Of a stretch of DNA of 64,000 bases, positions 31,539 to 40,802 are shown piece by piece. Source of the DNA: an uncultured virus (IMG/VR IMGVR_UViG_3300031787_000077) (taxonomy: Duplodnaviria; Heunggongvirae; Uroviricota; Caudoviricetes); the IMG/VR virus record IMGVR_UViG_3300031787_000077, positions 1-64,000 of that record; one strand, given 5' to 3'. The position numbers were made by a program, and so were the translations under genes. Position 1 is the first letter of the stretch, and every line of letters starts with the position of its first letter. The notes below the pieces were generated by a model. That model saw only the letters and a list, made by a program, of their open reading frames with translations, was not told the origin of the DNA and ran no database searches.

Positions 31539-32885
31539 GTGAAAATATCCAGAAGATCACTTATTCAAAGTGGCCTATTAGGCTACTCATCATTATCTGC
31601 AACTGAGGTTATAGCAGAATCTAAAACTGATAATTCAGTCATACTGGTTTGGTTGCCGGGCGGGCTTTCTCAATTAGAAAGTTATGATCCTAAATCACAA
31701 GCCAAAAGCGATGTAAAGGGATTATTTAATAGTATTCCTACTAATGTGGTTGGAACTCATATTAGTGAACTATTTCCTTTACAGGCACAAATAGCAGATA
31801 AATTTACTCTTATACGATCTATGACCCACAGATTCACCGATCATGGTGGAGGGTCCAAAAGAGTAATGACAGGAAAAGAACCCAAAGTTCCTACAGGTAC
31901 TATTAACGATACTCCATCTATAGCATCAGTAGTTTCAAAACATAACCATAATAATGGTTGTATTATTCCATCTAATATTTTATTAGCGGATGGTGGCACT
32001 AATTCTGTTGATGAATTTGCACTAGGGTCTGCATTTTTGGGATCGTCATATGATGCCTTTATTGTTGATGGCGACCCTTCTGCTAAAAATTTTAAAGTAA
32101 ACAATATTACTATGTCAGATAGTCTTAAAGGCAGAATTGATGATAGATTACAATTGCTATCTCAAATAGATAAAATAGATAGACAATTAGATTATTCGCA
32201 ATCTATGAGTGCTATGGATAATTTTCATAAAAAGGCTTATGATTTATTAACTTCTCATGAAGTTAAAGGAATTTTTGATGTAGTCTCTGAGCCGTTATCT
32301 GTTAGAGAGAGTTATGGATTAAATGCTTGGGGTCAAAGATGTCTTATGGCAAGAAAACTAGCAGAAGCAGGCAGTAATTTCGTAACTGTAACATTAAGAA
32401 ATCCGCCAGGATCACCACCAGATCATTCGTATTATAATTGGGATTGTCATGCTGTTAATTGCGATATATTTATAGATATGAAATATAAAGCAAATTTTTA
32501 TGATCAGGCTGTTAGTGGATTAATTAATGATATCTATAATAGAGGATTAGATAAAAATATTTTAGTTGTAGTAATGGGAGAATTTGGACATACTCCTAAA
32601 TTAGAATATAAAGAAGCAAGAGGTAAAATAAGAAATGGTAGAGATCATTGGTCTAAAGCATTTTCTATATTAGTATCTGGTGGTGGATTAAAAATGGGTC
32701 AGGTTATTGGCAAAACAGATGACAATGCTGCATTTGTAATTGATCGTCCTGTGACTCCAGAGGACTTGTGGGCCACGATTTATAGGCACTTGGGTATTGA
32801 TGCGTCTAAAGTTATTTATGACCTCAGTGGTCGGCCAATTCCTATTTTAGCAGATGGCAGACCCATAAAAGAACTGGTGATTTAA
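31539..32885 (+). CDS. DUF1501 family protein with Tat signal
   Basis: SRRSLIQ twin-arginine signal; VILVWLPGGLSQLESYDPK, LMARKLAEAG, WDCH, VMGEFGHTP, GRDHW, GGGLKMGQVIGKTD. Confidence 0.9.
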   Translation: MKISRRSLIQSGLLGYSSLSATEVIAESKTDNSVILVWLPGGLSQLESYDPKSQAKSDVKGLFNSIPTNVVGTHISELFPLQAQIADKFTLIRSMTHRFTDHGGGSKRVMTGKEPKVPTGTINDTPSIASVVSKHNHNNGCIIPSNILLADGGTNSVDEFALGSAFLGSSYDAFIVDGDPSAKNFKVNNITMSDSLKGRIDDRLQLLSQIDKIDRQLDYSQSMSAMDNFHKKAYDLLTSHEVKGIFDVVSEPLSVRESYGLNAWGQRCLMARKLAEAGSNFVTVTLRNPPGSPPDHSYYNWDCHAVNCDIFIDMKYKANFYDQAVSGLINDIYNRGLDKNILVVVMGEFGHTPKLEYKEARGKIRNGRDHWSKAFSILVSGGGLKMGQVIGKTDDNAAFVIDRPVTPEDLWATIYRHLGIDASKVIYDLSGRPIPILADGRPIKELVI

Positions 32886-33094
32886 ATGAATATGATACAA
32901 TATCTGGCTCATGAATTAAATAATAAGGTGTTTCATCTACAAAAACTGCTCAAAGAAACAGAACTTGCTCTGGATGAATCAAAAAAAGAAAATATGAAAC
33001 TATTATCTCTTTTAGAAGCACGGAAAATTTCTCCCAATACGGAAACTGAAACAGCAGACTGTTGCTGAAAAATAAAAAATCTCAAGTTGTGCTA

Positions 33095-33122
33095 TTGACA
33101 AGCCGATACTGTGAGATAGAAT
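33095..33122 (+). promoter_or_regulatory. sigma70-type promoter with CCGATA
   Basis: TTGACA-agCCGATActgtgaga-TAGAAT. Confidence 0.75.
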
Positions 33123-33198
33123 GAGTTAGTCGCTGTGAGAGATTTGATCATGCGATCAACTCACAAAAGACAAATTTGGATATGTTTGGAGGTTGATT

Positions 33199-33477
33199 AT
33201 GGCTGAAGTTAATGTGCTTGAGAAGCAGAAGAGGATTCGTTGCTCTGACGAGGCTTTTCTTGAGGCGGTTTTTAGCAGTAAGACTTATGCTGAAGTTTCT
33301 GCTAAGACTGGGCAGAAGATTGCCACTACTATGGCTAGGTATGCCCGTGCTAAGGCGGCATTAAAGGCCAAGGGTGAGGATCTTCCTAAGATGGAAAGAG
33401 CAAAGCCTGTTAAGAGTGTGGATAATATTGAGGCTATGGCGGATTTTGTCCGTCGCCTCAAGGCTCACAAGGCTTGA
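33199..33477 (+). CDS. small basic HTH-like protein
   Basis: SKTYAEVSAKTGQ helix-turn-helix-like segment; GGAGG RBS; Ala/Lys-rich. Confidence 0.55.
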   Translation: MAEVNVLEKQKRIRCSDEAFLEAVFSSKTYAEVSAKTGQKIATTMARYARAKAALKAKGEDLPKMERAKPVKSVDNIEAMADFVRRLKAHKA

Positions 33478-33485
33478 ACATAAAT

Positions 33486-33568
33486 AGCAGCCAACTACAA
33501 TCGTCCAGAGATAAAGGAACAGCATTTAATCAACCTCTTATCAACGGATATTGTAGTTGGTTGTTTTT
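33486..33568 (+). terminator. long stem-loop followed by a U tract
   Basis: AGCAGCCAACTACAAT pairs over 16 bp with ATTGTAGTTGGTTGTT, then TTT. Confidence 0.6.
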
Positions 33569-34442
33569 ATATCTTGTATTACTAAAAAGGAATAACTTAT
33601 GAAAAAGACAGAAAGTTTTTTTGAATTAAACGCCATAGGAACTAAGGTACGTTTAGAAGATGATGTGTTTGGTACTATAGTTGGGATACATATCTCTCAG
33701 AATAATGCTATAGCCTATGAAATTGGATGGTGGAATGGACGATCTTACTCTAAGGATGCTTTCCTTCCTCATCAATTAGTTATAACTAGTGACGAAAAAA
33801 TTCGTATAGGTTTTGCATGAATAAGAACGCTAATCCTTTGGATTATGTGCTTAAATGTTCTGAGCAAGGACTTGTGCCGTATGACTTTGATATATTAAAC
33901 GCTAAAGACGAACTGAAAAAACTTCGGGATTGTCAAAAAGAACTATCTGAACTAAAACAAATTATGTCTAATACTGTAGCATGGGGTTTGGTGAATGATC
34001 GTAAAGATATTTATGATCTAAGAACTCAACCTAATCCTTATTATGATCAAACTAAAGTAGTTTCATTATGTTGCGATCAAAACTCATTTAATAAGATTAA
34101 CAATGGTAACATATCCTAATAGATTCTTTTATGGTTTTTCTGTGAATGATGGCAATCATAATTCACATTTTATTCACTATATTATAGAAACCGTACATGA
34201 TATATCTGATTATAATGGAGATACTATAATTGAAAGAGTATCTCGTATGGAAGATTATTATCTGAATACCGACAGAATAGATGAACCATATTATATTGTA
34301 TATGGATCACTAAAACCAGAATTTAATGAATCTTCCAAATTTATAGCCTCTTTTGAAAATCTTAGTCAGGCTATCTGTTTGGTCGAACATTTAACTGGTA
34401 ACAAAATAGTTGAATCTGATTTACCTATTTATAGACAAAAGC

Positions 34443-34934
34443 ATGAAAACTAAATATATAGTAGAAATACTTAGAAGCGAAGGTGCGAGCGCCCAATTTT
34501 ATTCTATTAAAGGCTCAAAAACTTTAGGCTTTAAAGAATTCTGTTCAAAAAAGACCGCACTCTATGCTTATAAGGTTCAGAAAAAATTATCTAAACTAGG
34601 TTTAGCCCCTAAAGTTTATGTTAAAATTAAACGAGTTCCCATTCATAATCATAATGAGTCTACTAATTGGGGATTCGTTACTCAAAAGGCAAGAATTCTA
34701 GGGCATAAATATTCTAGAGAAAAAATACAAACTCTTGTTGATAAAATATTCGACAAAACAAATTTAAAGTTTTGGGACTGCCATTCTTGGAATATTGGCA
34801 GATTAAATAACAAGTATGTTTGCATAGATACTGGTAGGGAAAGTTTTGATAGCAATTGTAACGCTTGGGGAAATGTTGACCCAGGTCCAAAATGTGACTA
34901 TTGTTTAAAATATAAATGTAAATGCGAGGAATAA
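34443..34934 (+). CDS. minimal protein-kinase-like protein
   Basis: SEGAS Gly loop, GFKEF lysine, GLAPKVY, DCHSWN catalytic loop, CIDTG. Confidence 0.7.
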   Translation: MKTKYIVEILRSEGASAQFYSIKGSKTLGFKEFCSKKTALYAYKVQKKLSKLGLAPKVYVKIKRVPIHNHNESTNWGFVTQKARILGHKYSREKIQTLVDKIFDKTNLKFWDCHSWNIGRLNNKYVCIDTGRESFDSNCNAWGNVDPGPKCDYCLKYKCKCEE

Positions 34935-34937
34935 TAT

Positions 34938-35860
34938 ATGCCTTATGTAGATGAAGATGATAGAGAAGAATTAGATTTTTGTATTGACCAATTAACTAAT
35001 TGTTTACGCGTTATGAAACACCCCCTGAATAATCCTCATGATTTTAGCATATATCTAGGTAGAATAAACTATTGTTTTTCTAGAATAATTAGCGGGTTGA
35101 TGGGTAATCCATCTTATGCTAAGATAGCAATGATTACTGGTGTATTAGAGAATATTAAACAAGAATTTTATCGTCGCGTAGCATCACCATATGAAGATAA
35201 AAAGATTTTGGAATATGGAGATATAAAAGAATATAAAAAACTTAGTTAGGAGATTATTATGTCTAGAGATTATGATGATATTATTAAAGAGATAACTAAA
35301 AGTAATAAAGAAATTCATAATATGGATAAGAGTTTTTCTAAAGATATAGACTCTCTTCAAAAGAATATTAAGACGATAGAGACTAAGTTAGCCAAAATAG
35401 ATGCTACTCTTGAAAAAGTATACGATCTTTTAACTGCTATAACTGTTTTTATAGAAGAAGCAGAAGAAGATGAAGAGGTTGACGAAGATTCAGAAGATTG
35501 GACCCCTTATGATGAAAGAAATTTTTCATATGAGGACGATGAAGAAGAAAATACAGATAGTGATTATGGTCTAGAAAATGATTGGGAAGATCATAATGAT
35601 GATAACTAATGGCTAGTTTAGCGTTAATAGTGGCATTTATATTTTTAGGAATGATATTCTGTGGCCCATTAGTGCTGCTGTTAAATAGAGTAAATATATT
35701 ACCTAGAATAATTATTCAATTATTATCTACTGTTTGTATAGTTTATGGATTTTGGTGGATAATCACTCTTGTTACCCCTATTCGCTGGCTAGGATTATTG
35801 CCCATATATTGTGGGTGGTTAGCCATAAAAACTAAAGAGAGGACACTTGACAGTCGATAG
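34938..35860 (+). other. three hypothetical genes (helical protein, coiled coil with acidic tail, TM protein)
   Basis: ORFs at 34938, 35259 and 35609. Confidence 0.65.
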
Positions 35861-35874
35861 CAGTATGGTACGAT
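35847..35874 (+). promoter_or_regulatory. sigma70-type promoter with CGATA, upstream of rIIA
   Basis: TTGACA-gtCGATAgcagtatgg-TACGAT. Confidence 0.7.
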
Positions 35875-35917
35875 AGGAGCATCACAGGAACCTTGGTTAA
35901 ACACTTGGAGACAAACG

Positions 35918-38584
35918 ATGAAGTTGGCAGACAGGACAGTTGAGACTCATAGCACTGGCATTAAGAGTGAGTCTGGTTTCACTATTGCACAAACCAGCAA
36001 AATGTTTAAAATCTTGTCAGACTCGCTGTATTCTGATAAGGTTATGGCCGTTATTCGTGAACTATCAACCAATGCTTATGATAGTCATATCGCTTCTGGC
36101 AATAAGAATCCATTCAAGGTGATTCTGCCGAATGCTGCTAATCCTAACTTTGTAGTGCGTGATTATGGTACTGGTCTTAGTCAGGCCGATATGGAGAACC
36201 TGTATACAACATACGGGGCTAGTAACAAGAATACTAGTAACGATTTTGTTGGTTGTCTTGGTCTTGGTAGTAAGAGTCCTTTTGCTTATACCAAGAGTTT
36301 TACCACCAGTTCTTATTTTAACGGCCAAAAATATACTTATGTAGCCGCTATTGATGACTCTGGAGTGCCAACGCTGAATCTGTTTAATATCTCAGAAACA
36401 GATGAGCCTAATGGTCTAGAGATTAGTTTTGCTGTAAAGCAATATGACTTTGCTGAATTTAGCAGTAAGTCTATGCGTATTTTTCACTATTTTAAGATGA
36501 AGCCAATTATTGAGGGTGGCGTACTCAATAATCTAAAAGATCACAAGTACAGTAATCGTAGTATTGTTTTGAGTGGTGATGGATGGAGAGTTTGTCGTCT
36601 AAATAACGATGCTAATTATTATCCCAATGTTCATCATCATATTGATAGTGGTATTGTGGCACTTATGGGTAATATTGCATACCCTGTTAAGGCTAGTCAG
36701 ATTATTGGTGAGGATAAGCAGACCACTAATGATGCTATTCAGCGTTGGAATCGTGCTTTTCAAAAGGCCGATATCGACAGTTGGAAAAGTTTTGTTAATG
36801 AAATTATCAATCAGAACCTTTATCTGGAACTTGACTTTAGTATTGGCGAATTGGAAATGGATGTTTCCAGAGAAGGCTTACAGTATACTAAAGACGTAAT
36901 TAAGACCTTGCGTGAAAAGACTCAAGAGATTTATCTTGAGATGAAGGAAGAATTTAGCAAGAAAATTTCTGCCGCTAAAACTAAGGTAGAAGCAATTACA
37001 CTATATTATACCCTTAATGATCTTGCTGGAGGATGGGGTGTTGGTGCTGAGTGGACCGATAGTAATGGTAAGAAGCATAATATTAATTCTGGAACAGATC
37101 TAGAATATAAGATTGCTGCCGGAAAGAGTATGTACGTTTTTAACTATCGTACTGCTGGCTATCGTTCTCGCCGCATGGTTTATCAGACAAATAGTATTCA
37201 TCACAATACTCTTACTGGTAAGGGAGAATACTATTGGAATAGCCAGAAAAAGACAGGCGAACTATCCTTCTTTGTTTGCGACATTAAAACAGAAGAAACA
37301 GCAAAGAAGATTGTTACTAGATATTGCAACGAGAAGAATTGCTTTGCATATCTAATGATTGATACCAAAGATCATACTAAAGTTGGTGAAGGTTTTGATG
37401 ATCTTATTACTGATGTTGGTTCTCATAATATCAAGAAGGTTTCAGATTACAAAGACCTTATTAAGAATAATGGTCCTCGTAAGTCTAGCAATAGAGGTTC
37501 TACTGGCGTTATTAGTGATCAAGATGTATTCTTTATTTATGGTCAATCTAAGAATAGTGGAACAATTTCTTCTGTTTATAACGATGCGACATATCTGCGT
37601 ACTCTCACAGAATCTGAACTAGAAGATTTTGAAGATAGTACGGATATTGTTTATGTGCCCATTACGCGATATAGTAGCGATAGTGGCTATCCATCATTAA
37701 TGGGCTTAAACAAGATTATCTCTGATAGTTCTTTGTCTACTATGGTCAAAGAATTGTTTGGATCAGTCAAAATATATGCTATTAAGAGTAACTTTGTTAA
37801 GAAGTTGCAGAACAGTGGATATAATATGATTGATTTTAATAAGTTTTTCAAGACTCAACTAAAGAAATTGGCAAGCGGCACATTTGGTCAAATGGCCGAA
37901 TACAATAGTCTGGTTCAGTTTTGCAAAAACGAAGATGCTAAGATGAGCAAAGACAGTGGATATGGATATGGGTCTATGGAGAAACAGTTTGTGTTCCATA
38001 TGCTAAATATTTTTGGTCTAGATTATAGTAAGCATCTAAATAACAAAGATTTGACCGATGCTATAGATCATTGTCTGGTCATAGAGTTTTTTGCTGATAC
38101 TGTTCATCGTTCTAATTTTGATATTGCTCGATTTACTCAGAAAGAGTATTTTGATCATATTACCAAACTACTAAATAAGATCGGTATCACCAGTATTGAT
38201 AGTAAAAAGATCAAAGATAGTAATATTGCATACAATACTCTGAGTCGTGCAATTGAACACACTATGTACAATTCGCTAGATCATGATGTTGTTTCTGAAT
38301 GTCTGGAAATTATTAAGCCAGATATGACCAAGAAGCATACTCTGCCAAAGATTAGTGATATTAAAAATCTAATCAAGATCGGGCTTGACAACAACCCGAT
38401 ACTGAAGTATATTGTTGGTAGTCACAGCGTTAGTGGTAATCTTAGGGATTTGCAATTGTCTAACGATCCTGTTTCTCAACTGCAAGAACGAAATTACTAT
38501 TATAGAAATAGCAACAAGCCTTGGCTGGCAACTCTAAGTGATGTGGATTCTCTTAGAAAGCAAATTGGTAGTTTGGTTAAGTAA
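35918..38584 (+). CDS. rIIA: rIIA-like protein (N-terminal GHKL/HSP90-type ATPase)
   Basis: LSDSLYSDK.AVIRELSTNAYD, RDYGTG, GLGSKSPFAY, SREGLQY; followed by rIIB. Confidence 0.88.
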   Translation: MKLADRTVETHSTGIKSESGFTIAQTSKMFKILSDSLYSDKVMAVIRELSTNAYDSHIASGNKNPFKVILPNAANPNFVVRDYGTGLSQADMENLYTTYGASNKNTSNDFVGCLGLGSKSPFAYTKSFTTSSYFNGQKYTYVAAIDDSGVPTLNLFNISETDEPNGLEISFAVKQYDFAEFSSKSMRIFHYFKMKPIIEGGVLNNLKDHKYSNRSIVLSGDGWRVCRLNNDANYYPNVHHHIDSGIVALMGNIAYPVKASQIIGEDKQTTNDAIQRWNRAFQKADIDSWKSFVNEIINQNLYLELDFSIGELEMDVSREGLQYTKDVIKTLREKTQEIYLEMKEEFSKKISAAKTKVEAITLYYTLNDLAGGWGVGAEWTDSNGKKHNINSGTDLEYKIAAGKSMYVFNYRTAGYRSRRMVYQTNSIHHNTLTGKGEYYWNSQKKTGELSFFVCDIKTEETAKKIVTRYCNEKNCFAYLMIDTKDHTKVGEGFDDLITDVGSHNIKKVSDYKDLIKNNGPRKSSNRGSTGVISDQDVFFIYGQSKNSGTISSVYNDATYLRTLTESELEDFEDSTDIVYVPITRYSSDSGYPSLMGLNKIISDSSLSTMVKELFGSVKIYAIKSNFVKKLQNSGYNMIDFNKFFKTQLKKLASGTFGQMAEYNSLVQFCKNEDAKMSKDSGYGYGSMEKQFVFHMLNIFGLDYSKHLNNKDLTDAIDHCLVIEFFADTVHRSNFDIARFTQKEYFDHITKLLNKIGITSIDSKKIKDSNIAYNTLSRAIEHTMYNSLDHDVVSECLEIIKPDMTKKHTLPKISDIKNLIKIGLDNNPILKYIVGSHSVSGNLRDLQLSNDPVSQLQERNYYYRNSNKPWLATLSDVDSLRKQIGSLVK
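38385..38413 (+). promoter_or_regulatory. internal promoter for rIIB, with CCGATA
   Basis: TTGACA-acaacCCGATActgaag-TATATT inside the 3' end of rIIA. Confidence 0.6.
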
Positions 38585-38609
38585 TCACAGGAAACTAAGG
38601 AGATTTATA

Positions 38610-39482
38610 ATGAGTGTTCCATTTATGTTTGTTGACGGTAATTTGACTCTTGTTCTTAACAATAAGAGTTATCAGGTGTTGCCAGATCATCTAAACTATA
38701 AGATGATTCTGGAAGTTCTACCTACTGCTAGTGCAGATGAACTGCTAGAGATGGTGGATATTCAAAAGGCCGTGACAGTTTATAGTCAGGGTCTTGTGGA
38801 GATCAAGGAAGGTCGTGTTCTTTATGATAACGAAGAAGTACATGGTAGTATCAGTAAGCGTATTCTTGAGTTTATGAGCAAGGGTCTGCCATTTCAGCCT
38901 CTTGTTAATTTCTTGAATAACTTGATGGATAATCCTAGTATGCAGAGTCAGCAGGAACTATATGATTTCCTAGAGCATGAGCATCTGCCAATTACTGAAG
39001 ATGGTCATTTTCTAGCATATAAGGCTGTTCGGTCAGATTATATGGACAAGTATGCTGGCAAGTTTCGTAACAAGGTTGGCGATATTTGTAAGATGACTCG
39101 TTCAAAGGTTGATGATAATCGTAGTGTGGGATGTTCTCAGGGACTTCATGCTGGGGCATTGAATTATGTTGCGTCTTATGGTAATGTAGATGCTGGTGAT
39201 AAGATCGTGATTGTTAAGATCAATCCTAAAGATGTAGTGAGTGTTCCTAGTGATTGTAATCATGAGAAACTTCGCACCTGCCAATATGAAGTTGTTGGAG
39301 AGTATCAGGGCGAATTGCTCAAGCCTCTTTACTCTGCTAATTTTAATGAAGATGATTATAATGATGATGAAGACGAGTATGATAATGACTATGATTGGGG
39401 ATGGAATGACGATGAAGAAGATATAGATGATGATTTTTATGCTGAACAAGAGGATGAAGAGGACTACGACGATCAATATTGA
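38610..39482 (+). CDS. rIIB: rIIB-like protein with acidic tail
   Basis: NPS...ELYDFL, ITEDGHFLAYKAV, CSQGLH, VKINPKDVVSVPSD..KLRTCQYEV. Confidence 0.9.
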   Translation: MSVPFMFVDGNLTLVLNNKSYQVLPDHLNYKMILEVLPTASADELLEMVDIQKAVTVYSQGLVEIKEGRVLYDNEEVHGSISKRILEFMSKGLPFQPLVNFLNNLMDNPSMQSQQELYDFLEHEHLPITEDGHFLAYKAVRSDYMDKYAGKFRNKVGDICKMTRSKVDDNRSVGCSQGLHAGALNYVASYGNVDAGDKIVIVKINPKDVVSVPSDCNHEKLRTCQYEVVGEYQGELLKPLYSANFNEDDYNDDEDEYDNDYDWGWNDDEEDIDDDFYAEQEDEEDYDDQY

Positions 39483-39493
39483 TCGTTGGAGGA

Positions 39494-39549
39494 AGATGGT
39501 CCGCTGGGCGGATACTAGTTAAAGAGCGGTTCGATTCCGTTACCATCTT
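39494..39549 (+). ncRNA. anticodon-less tRNA-like element
   Basis: 7-bp acceptor AGATGGT/ACCATCT; small GG-containing hairpin CCGC-TGG-GCGG; 5-bp T stem AGCGG/CCGTT with TTCGATT loop; no anticodon arm. Confidence 0.7.
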
Positions 39550-39566
39550 TTAAGGACTTATATACA

Positions 39567-40430
39567 ATGCACGAAGATTATGATGATCATGACTATGATG
39601 ATGAGGACTACTATGATTATGATGATAATGACCAGTATGATCCTTACAAGTTTTATTTCAAGTTTGATGTGGGTGCAGACTCACCAATATCAGATATGAT
39701 TAATAAATGGTTTAATCTTAGTCAAGACTCTTTCAATGGATTACACTGGTATAGTTTTCCAACAAATATTGATGGTTGGCCTGTAATTAAGTTTCCTGTG
39801 AGTAGTTGGAATCCCAATACTGGCAAGGATAATTCCTTCCAGTATTTGGGGTCCAATTATCAAGGATCACCCATATGGAAAAAAAAGTATTTCGTATATA
39901 ATCCTCTAAATATAGAGTATAAATTACATTTACAGCAACACGCTACACATTTTATACAACAACCGACATATTACAAAGGAATGTTTGATATACTCAACTA
40001 AGGAAAAATTATGAGCGAATGGTTTGTAGTTAAAGACAAAGATCATTTAATAGAATCAACCAGAATATTAGTATTTAATAGTTTTGGTAATACAGAATCT
40101 AATGTTAAACTAAGTATTAATTCACAAGACCAAGAAGAATTAGATACTATATTATCTTTCAATGAAACTGAAAATATTATGATGCCACATTTGCGTAAGC
40201 AAAGAAATAAACGCACCAACGCAGAAAGATATCTATTAGAAGATAAGCAATATCAAGAAATCATTCAATTACTTGGATCTCGTATGGTTAGTAATATTCT
40301 ACATGGTCTAGTAAAGAAGGGACTAGTAGAATCAGCATTTGATACTGAATGTAATGATTTTATTTTTTGGGTGCCAGACTTGGAAAAGGGCTTAGAGTCA
40401 AATGAAGAAAACAAACCAGAAACCGATTGA
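39567..40430 (+). other. two hypothetical genes (acidic N-terminus protein; paralog of 27622)
   Basis: ORFs 39567-40001 and 40011-40430. Confidence 0.65.
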
Positions 40431-40800
40431 ACACGATGTACACCTAAAATATTTGTGTAAGAAGTGTGGTCAAATTCATTGGCTATCTCTTAAAGAGTCG
40501 TCTACCAAACACTTTAAAATTGTTTGTGACTGTGGTAATATTTTTGGAGTAAAGCGAACATCCAGAATCAAGATTCTGTATTCTAAAGTTTCCAAAACTT
40601 CTACAACCACTAAATCACCACCTACTTCAACTCCACAACCTATTCCCGACTCTTTATTGTCACAAGGAATTGGTGTGTTGTTGCCCTATGGCTTTACAAA
40701 AAAAGAAGCCAGTGAACTGTTAGAGAAAACGTATATGCTGCATCCTACACAGGATATAGCGTCTTTGGTTAAAGAATCATTATCTTCATTAAGGAACTAA
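40402..40800 (+). CDS. zinc ribbon fused to a RuvA domain III-like C-terminus
   Basis: CKKC..CDC, Pro/Thr linker, then GVLLPYGFTKKEASELL...IASLVKESLSSL; immediately upstream of ruvB. Confidence 0.65.
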   Translation: MKKTNQKPIEHDVHLKYLCKKCGQIHWLSLKESSTKHFKIVCDCGNIFGVKRTSRIKILYSKVSKTSTTTKSPPTSTPQPIPDSLLSQGIGVLLPYGFTKKEASELLEKTYMLHPTQDIASLVKESLSSLRN

Positions 40801-40802
40801 TT

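Noticed and set aside
39494..39549. Calling it a functional decoding tRNA
   Set aside because: No anticodon stem can be formed and the length is only about 55 nt.
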